Source: Podospora anserina (taxonomy: Eukaryota). Taken from it: a stretch of DNA of 64,000 bases. The position numbers were made by a program, and so were the translations under genes. Positions 57,231 to 64,000 of this stretch are shown here, piece after piece (position 1 is the first letter of the stretch; the number at the start of each line of letters is the position of its first letter). The notes under the pieces are model-generated. The model was not told the DNA's origin. It saw nothing but the letters and a program-made list of their open reading frames with translations, and ran no database searches. Location of the stretch: contig CM030332.1 of the NCBI GenBank assembly GCA_017654855.1, positions 7,626,001 to 7,690,000 of the forward strand. Reading direction: 5' to 3'.

Positions 57231-57508
57231 ACACCTATTGACAGATATTCCGACTATTGATTTGTTTATCACCGACAGCTAAGCCGTGCTGTGTGTGCGT
57301 TGTGTGTCAAGAAGCGGTGACTGTGTGACTGTTTCTTTTGCTGGCACAATATATCAATCAGTCAATCCATTTTGTTTTCTTCTCTGTCTCGAGCTCTTGA
57401 TCTATCTTGCTCACCTACTTTCTACTTCATATACGAATCATTTTTGATACCCAATCTGTTTACTACAACCACCTGAGCTTGAAAAAGACTTTTGTTTCGA
57501 CCTTCATC

Positions 57509-58904
57509 ATGACGACCCGATACCGTGTTGAATGTAAGTTTGCTTGCTGCCCCTCGATGAAGACCGAGTGGGTGGAACTGACACCCCCCACCAGACGCCC
57601 TCAAAACTCACCGGCGCGATCAATTCATCGAATGGATCAAGGGCCTCCTCGCCGTCCCCTTCGTCCTCTACTCCCAACCCCACGGTGTCTTCGAATACCC
57701 CCCATCCTCGCCCGAGCTCGGCACCTCCCCTCCCGGCTCCCCGAACCCCATCCTCATCAAGGCCCGCGAGGAAGCCCACCGTCGCTACGCCGAAATCCTC
57801 CACGACGTCGAGCTCATGATTGACGACCACATTGCCCACCAAAACGACCCCGACAACCCCTTCCCCTCCAAGCTCAAACTCCTCGTCCCCTCCATCGGCC
57901 CGTTTTTCACCCGCCTTCCCCTAGAAGCAGCATTCAAATTCCAAGACCGCAAACGCTACATCTCCTCCCGCCGCTTCGTGTCTCCCTCCTTCAACGACGT
58001 CCGCCTGATCCTAAACTCAGCCCAGCTGATCTCGGTGACCTCCACCACACCAGGCAGCACCCTCCAGCTAGCCACCTTTGACGGAGACGTGACCCTCTAC
58101 GACGACGGCCAATCCCTCGAGCCGACCTCCCCCGTCATCCCGCGGCTGCTGGACCTCCTCAGGAAAAACATCAAGATCGGCATCGTCACCGCGGCGGGCT
58201 ACACCTCGGCAGACCGGTACTACGCCCGCCTCCATGGGCTGCTGGACAGCATCGCAACCTCGGTCGATCTGACCCCCGTTCAGAAACGCTCCGTGATCAT
58301 CATGGGCGGCGAAGCCAACTACCTCTTCCAGTTCGACCCCGCCTCGGAGCACCTGCTCTCCCCCGTCCCGCGGTCAGAATGGCTCACGGCCGAGATGCTC
58401 CTCTGGGATGACCGGGACATCACCCAGCTTCTGGACATCGCCGAGGCGGCCCTGGCGGACTGCATCGAGACCCTCAACCTCCCCGCCGTGCTCATGAGAA
58501 AAGACCGCGCGGTGGGCATCATCCCCTCCCCCCCCCACATCCGCATCCCGCGCGAGTCGCTCGAGGAGACGGTCCTCTGCGTGCAAAAGATCCTCGAGCT
58601 GTCCTCGGCCGGGAGGAGCAAAAAGGTGCCGTTTTGCGCCTTCAACGGGGGCAACGACGTGTTTGTGGACATTGGGGACAAGAGCTGGGGCGTGACGGTC
58701 TGTCAGAGGTGGTTCAGGGATCCCGAGACGGGGAGGCCGATAAGGGGGGAGAACACGCTGCACGTGGGCGATCAGTTTCTCAGCGCGGGGGCCAACGATT
58801 TCAGGGCGAGGAGCGTGGGGACGACGGCTTGGATTGCGAGCCCGGCGGAGACGGTGGAGTTGCTGGATGAGTTGGGGGAGCTGATGGGGAAGAAGATGTC
58901 TTAG
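57509..58904 (+). CDS. ISN1: IMP-specific 5'-nucleotidase (HAD family), 444 aa. Exons 57509..57533 and 57595..58904
   Basis: MTTRYRVEY|ALKTHRRDQFIEWIKGLLAVPFVL; HAD motif TFDGDVTLYDDG; IVTAAGY; CAFNGGNDVFVDIGDK; LHVGDQF. Confidence 0.96.
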
Positions 58905-58946
58905 GCCTGGGTTGGGGTTGGGTTGGATAACTGGGTGGGGGGAGGG

Positions 58947-58985
58947 ATGGTGATGATGATGATGGTGATGATGATGATGATGATG
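58947..58985 (+). repeat. (GAT)n microsatellite downstream of ISN1
   Basis: Imperfect GAT run read directly. Confidence 0.85.
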
Positions 58986-60094
58986 CAGGATGCAGGATAG
59001 CAACGGAAGGGGAGTTGAAAGATGAAAGATGTGGTTTGGATAATTCAACAAACAAACAAACAGACACTTTTTTAATGCATATAATGATGAAGCTCACTTT
59101 ATACATGTCATTATATGTGTACCAAACTGCTTTACTCTGATCTATCTACCACACGACATGAAAGAAGACACATTTCACTTTACCTTTTCTTTTTTTTTTT
59201 ACTCTTTTTCTTCTTTTTTTATTGGATGCAACCTACGTTTCTCCAACAAATACACATCCTTGATCTCAATCTCAATCTCAACCTCATTTCAAATACATAT
59301 ATATATATAAATATAAAAATTTAAACAAACGGATCTCAAGAGTCAAGTTTTTTTTTTTAAACCCACATGGGGTGATTGATAAGGTAAGGTATATATATAT
59401 AGACGGAGGGGGTATTCGTCTCCTCTTCTTCTTCATCCTCCTCAACAAACAAAGCTAACACTCAACAGACAAAAGAGATAGTAAAAAAACAAAACAAAAA
59501 AAGGCGAAGGGGGGGGGGAGGGGGGGTTAAGGGGGGGGTATATTCCGCAAGAAAAAGAAAAACAGAAAAAAAAAAACAATCCAAAAATCCAAATTCCATC
59601 AAAGACATCCTCCTGAAACAAGAGTTGTGATCAACAACTCCTTTATGCTAACATGCTATATTCCCGACCTTGCTCCCATGATGGCCCATCCCTAATTCCC
59701 ATGACAGAGAGGCCTTTTCCCCCCAATGCCAATGCGCGCATGCTGCCGTATCTTTTATGTGTGTATCTCTTGACTTCTCCCGACCCCAACAAAAAAATCT
59801 ATGTGATTGATGCTTTCCCCCAATGTCTTGCATGCAGCTGATGTATATATGATGCTTCTTCGTTTTTGTGTGTGCCCACCATCACCAGCCCGTTCCCGCT
59901 TCGAAAGTGGAAGAAATAAATGTTTGGAACAGTGGGGGGACGTGTTGCACAAAAGACACAAGAAAAAAGAACCCCGTATTAAAATAGGTACAGTGATGAA
60001 TCATAGAAATCGTAAACACACACACTTTCGGATCGTCAGGGTGGCGGGCAGAGAAGAAAAAAAAAGAAAAAAAAAGAGAAGAAAAAAGGGGTAT

Positions 60095-61909
60095 CTACCA
60101 CCGAGACGACCCAAACGGGGCTCCAAAATTGTTGCTCTTCTTGATCTTGAGCGGGATCTCAAAGTCCTCTTCGTCGTCACCGCTCTTGGTGCTGCTGTTG
60201 TCCTTCTCGGTGGTGCTAGAGGCCTCGGATGTCTCAGACACGGAGGCGTCGGCCTGGGCCTCGGCCTCCTCGGACGAGTCGGCATCCTTGAGCACAGCCG
60301 GCAGGGAAGCCTCGCGGTCCTGAGCTACCTCCTCCAGCTTGTCGGACAATCTGCGAAAAAATATCTCGTCGTGGGCAGGCATGTTGCGCACCATCAACGG
60401 GCCTTTTAGACGGACGTCACCCTCGCTGGGCTCATAAACCTGCTCGGGGTGGTCATCCGCCGAGTCGGCATCGGTGAGCTGCTGTGCGATCTCGATAGCC
60501 TGCTGTTCCACCTGCACCGCGGCTTCAGCCTGGCCGAACGCACCGTCGCCCTGCTGAATGGTCGGCGTGCTTTCGCCGCTGCTTGTAGCGGTCGCAGCCC
60601 CGGATGATGCGACAGTGGTCAGAAGCGACAGGGAGTGACTGGGAGTGTGGCCGGCGTGCATCGTCAGACGGGCCGACTCATGGGCCGCCAAGACCTGCAA
60701 CGTCTCAACCTTGGCCGCGCGTGGTGCTTTGGCTTCGTCTGATGAGTTTTGTGGGGAAGAAGACCGGCTAGACGCATTCGAACCTTCGACCGATGGACCA
60801 TCTGTGAAGGTGGGCTTCTGAATGGCAGGCGCCTTGAGCGGAATTCCCTCCAGCTCTGGGATGATCTCCTGGATGTCGACAACCGGCACAGGGGTGCTGC
60901 CGTCGGTTTCGGATGCTGTGGCTGAGATGGGCGAAAGGCCGGAGCTTGGGATATGTCCAATGGAAATTCTCTCGGGGAGGGGTTCCAGAACATTCGATGC
61001 CGTTCGGAGCTGGGGAAGAGAGCTGTGCTTCAGTGCCGGGCCTGGCGATCCACCCAAGCTTGCCGGGTGGAAAACTGCAAGGTTCTTGGGGGCAGCGGGA
61101 CCGTTGCTTCGAGACGAGTGGGAGCTCTTCATGCTCTCTGGTGATGCTTCCCAAGCCGCGCCTCCACGCAAGCCACTCGCTGACGAGAAAGAGCCTTGGT
61201 CCGACAGGACGTTGCCGTTCCGTGGCGAGAGCATGTTGCCAGCACCGCCCAAAAGCTGATTCTGCAGGTGTTCGATTTGCTTGAGGAGGAGCGCCCTCTC
61301 AGTTTCCCACTCGGCGCGCTCCTCCTCCATCAATGCGCGCTCCTCCTTGTAGACCTCCTCTGCGCGTTCGCGGTTGGCCTCCATATACTTTCGCTCAGCT
61401 TCCCAAGCCTCTCGTATCCGTCCGTTCTGGGTGAGGAGTCGTCGAATCATGGAGGCTTGAGAGGCGCTGCTGTTGGAATCTGAAAGGGAGCGCGGGTGGC
61501 CACCGGGGCCGTTAAAGCTCAGTCCATGGATGGAGCCGCCGGTGGAATCCTGGCTGGACCGGGAGTTGTTTTCTTGGCCAGCTGGCGATGCTGTGCTCTG
61601 TCGCGCCTGTGGTGGGACGCTGCTGGATCGGTACTGGTCGTTCAAGATGTGCGGTGACAGGAACGACTGCGGGTGTGGACCAGGACCTCGAACACCTGGC
61701 GACAGCGGTGAATAGACGTGTGCTTTTGGGTAGCCGTGTATCCTCTGGTCGAAGTAACCGGCAGCACCTCGAGGCAGGGTCAAGGGCGATATGATGGTGG
61801 AAGAGGTATCGCTGGAGAGGGTGGTGGGAAAAGACTGGCGCACATCGGATTCCACGGCGCCAGAGGGCCAAAAGGCATCCGAGGGAAGTTTTGTTGCCAA
61901 AGTGGCCAT
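60095..61909 (-). CDS. Hypothetical protein, 604 aa, mostly disordered with one coiled coil
   Basis: Long intronless ORF with a good start context (CAACCATGG). Coiled coil IREAWEAERKYMEANRERAEEVYKEERALMEEER; C-terminus PLKIKKSNNFGAPFGSSRW. Function not recognised. Confidence 0.85.
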   Translation of the reverse strand: MATLATKLPSDAFWPSGAVESDVRQSFPTTLSSDTSSTIISPLTLPRGAAGYFDQRIHGYPKAHVYSPLSPGVRGPGPHPQSFLSPHILNDQYRSSSVPPQARQSTASPAGQENNSRSSQDSTGGSIHGLSFNGPGGHPRSLSDSNSSASQASMIRRLLTQNGRIREAWEAERKYMEANRERAEEVYKEERALMEEERAEWETERALLLKQIEHLQNQLLGGAGNMLSPRNGNVLSDQGSFSSASGLRGGAAWEASPESMKSSHSSRSNGPAAPKNLAVFHPASLGGSPGPALKHSSLPQLRTASNVLEPLPERISIGHIPSSGLSPISATASETDGSTPVPVVDIQEIIPELEGIPLKAPAIQKPTFTDGPSVEGSNASSRSSSPQNSSDEAKAPRAAKVETLQVLAAHESARLTMHAGHTPSHSLSLLTTVASSGAATATSSGESTPTIQQGDGAFGQAEAAVQVEQQAIEIAQQLTDADSADDHPEQVYEPSEGDVRLKGPLMVRNMPAHDEIFFRRLSDKLEEVAQDREASLPAVLKDADSSEEAEAQADASVSETSEASSTTEKDNSSTKSGDDEEDFEIPLKIKKSNNFGAPFGSSRW

Positions 61910-63858
61910 GGTTGCTATCCAGATTCGGGTTTTCTTTCTTCTCTTTTTTTTTTTTTTTTTTCGTAGGTTCGCAGGCAGTTGACGGGTTGGTGAAGATTAA
62001 AAAAATAAAATAAAAAATAAAAAAGGCGCAATGGATAGCCACCAAAGGGTCCAGAATTGGCAAGGGGGCTCGCGGCTCTTTCTACTCTGGGGTTGATGTC
62101 ATCCCACGATCTAGGTTCGGACGGTTGTGTACACCTTTTCCGACTATGAACTGGGCTAAGGGCCGTTTTGGGTCCTCAGATGATTTGCTGCGGCTGCTCG
62201 ACTTTTGTGACCTGTTGGCAGCGGGCGCGGCGTGGTTGGCAGGAGTGGAGTTGCGACTGCGACAAGTCGGCATGTGCTTTGGTGCAACTGGGGCATAAGG
62301 TTCCGGTCGAAGGGACGAGCGTGCCACGAGGCCCGAGAAGCTGGATACTTGGACGACTAAGATGTGGGTTTGGGCTTGTTGGTTTGGTGTGTTGTCGAAG
62401 AGAACAGCAGGTGGTCGAAACAGCTGGGCGGAAACGGCTGGGACCGTCGAGGGACAGAGAAGGAGAAGAGTGTCAGGGGGCCAGCAGAAGGATGGGAATG
62501 TTTGCGGCACGGGGGCATGGAGTTTTGAAGAAGGGACGTGGCAGGGTAGGCAGCCTTGTTCAGCTGCTTGGGGGGGGAGCACTCCTTGTCTGCCAGCAAC
62601 CAGCTGAGAGGGTTGTGACGAAACACGCGACCAGAAAAGTGGGCCCTCCCGGCGGCATCTGCGGGTCGCATTCCCATTCAGCGGGGAGCGGCACTGCAAC
62701 ACAGAACCCTCAGCATATTTCCCCTCCCCCTCCCCCCCACGGCCCATCAGCCGGTTGGCCCAAGCGAAACCACGAGCGCGGCCTTCCAGTTTTTGGTTTG
62801 TCGTTGTGTTTCGTACAAGTATATGTATATTCATTTTCTATCTCGGATGCTACTCTTTTTGAACAACAACAGAACAGCATCTATCTGCCCAAAGACCGGC
62901 CGGCCGGCGGTACACAAATTCGCCGGACTCTGCCCGGCCATCCTTGACACTTGGCGGTGGCTTAGTGGGGACGGGCGGCAGTTGGGCCAGTTCCAAAAGG
63001 ATACCGCCTTTTTGTCTGCTGAACAAACAAGGCAAATAGTGGAAACGCTTCCCATCTACAAAGGTCAAAGCAGAGCATCACCCGCCATCGGACCTGGCAG
63101 ACTGATGTCGGATAGAGAGTCTCTCTGACTCTTCCACTGTAGAGTCAACCGGGGGCTTTGGGAGGGAAGAAGCTGCTGTGGATGTGTTGGCACCACACAA
63201 CTAAACTCCTCGGTACAAACCGCCCCGGCAGTCAGCAAGGGTCTACCGACACTTTTTTTTGCCTTTGCAGCCGTTCCTGACAGCTGCAACCCCCAATCCG
63301 GCTTCGGGAGGCTTCATTGGCTGCCCTACTTTGTTTTAAACCCGATGTTGCTCTGTCAAAGGCCTGGTTTTCGGTCCGAAGCCGACCTATCAAACACCTA
63401 AACAAGACATCTGAAGCAAATCAAAACATTTCCAAATAGAAACAAAAGAACATCGTTTCTCTATCATCAAAACCCTAGTTCCCCCGAGATCGTGCTAGCG
63501 CAAGCAAAACTCCCGAAAGAGAAAAAGACCCCTGGTACGGCCGGGGTCTGATGCGGGGAGCGGCCCGCGGACGCCCAGTGGGATGATCTGGCCAATCACA
63601 CGCTCAAAATGCCATCTTTGCCGGATCTGATTGGGCACAGCAGGTCCCAATCCATGTAGTGCATCTTTTCTCTGTTCTGTCGTTGCGGGGGTTGGATGCA
63701 CCTTTTCGATAAATTCATGGTCACGAGGAGAGTTTATGAGCAGACTCACTCCCACGACTCGCAGACCGTCAATTGGCCCTCCCCCTCCCCTTCCCCCCCC
63801 CCTCGTGTTTTCTCCGCATTTTGGGCAGCTTGAGAAATCGAGATGGCGTGTGTGCGTG

Positions 63859-63910
63859 TTGTGGGTGATTGTTTGTGGGTGATTGTTTGTGGGTGATTGT
63901 TTGTGGGTGA
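63859..63910 (+). repeat. 14-bp minisatellite (TTGTGGGTGATTGT) x3.7
   Basis: Read directly. Confidence 0.92.
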
Positions 63911-64000
63911 GGGGAACCAAAAATGGGGTTGCATCAACCAAAAAGATGCCGTGCGTTTTTGGGGTCTTTGCCCCCGACGATGAGAATGGAAGCGGAAGCT

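Noticed and set aside
59500..59540. G-rich runs (also 5124..5152) as G-quadruplex elements
   Set aside because: Homopolymer tracts are abundant throughout the UTRs in this window; nothing specific supports a function.
62082..62947. Overlapping 250-aa and 259-aa ORFs on opposite strands
   Set aside because: No codon bias or recognisable motifs; probably the promoter/leader of the 604-aa gene.

Overview
This is fungal (Sordariales) genomic DNA containing the mat- (MAT1-1) mating-type locus. The spliced products FMR1 (305 aa), SMR1 (356 aa) and SMR2 (288 aa) match what I recall for Podospora anserina, so the source is P. anserina or a sibling species. Gene order: ValRS (5' part) / PA-TM-RING E3 ligase / APC5 / COX13 / APN2 / SMR2, SMR1, FMR1 / SLA2 / ATG3 / CWC24 / ~3.6 kb repeat-rich gap / ami1 (ApsA/Num1) / REV3 / SLU7 / RPS9-RPL21 divergent pair / NVJ2 / small secreted Cys-rich protein / ISN1 / 604-aa unknown protein. 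Exon boundaries were read by hand from GT..CTRAY..YAG signals and checked for frame; identities come from recognised motifs, not database searches. I found no rRNA, tRNA, CRISPR array or intact transposase. The most interesting extra signals are: an exact UaY/PCO-1 site with GATA sites upstream of ISN1; a consensus intron in the SMR2 3' UTR; an ACCGGTC direct/inverted repeat cluster at 28.1-29.0 kb; three intergenic stretches with canonical introns (5.5-5.8, 49.3-50.0, 53.8-55.7 kb); an out-of-frame upstream ATG overlapping REV3; dual start codons in ValRS; and a secreted protein with a duplicated 10-Cys module.
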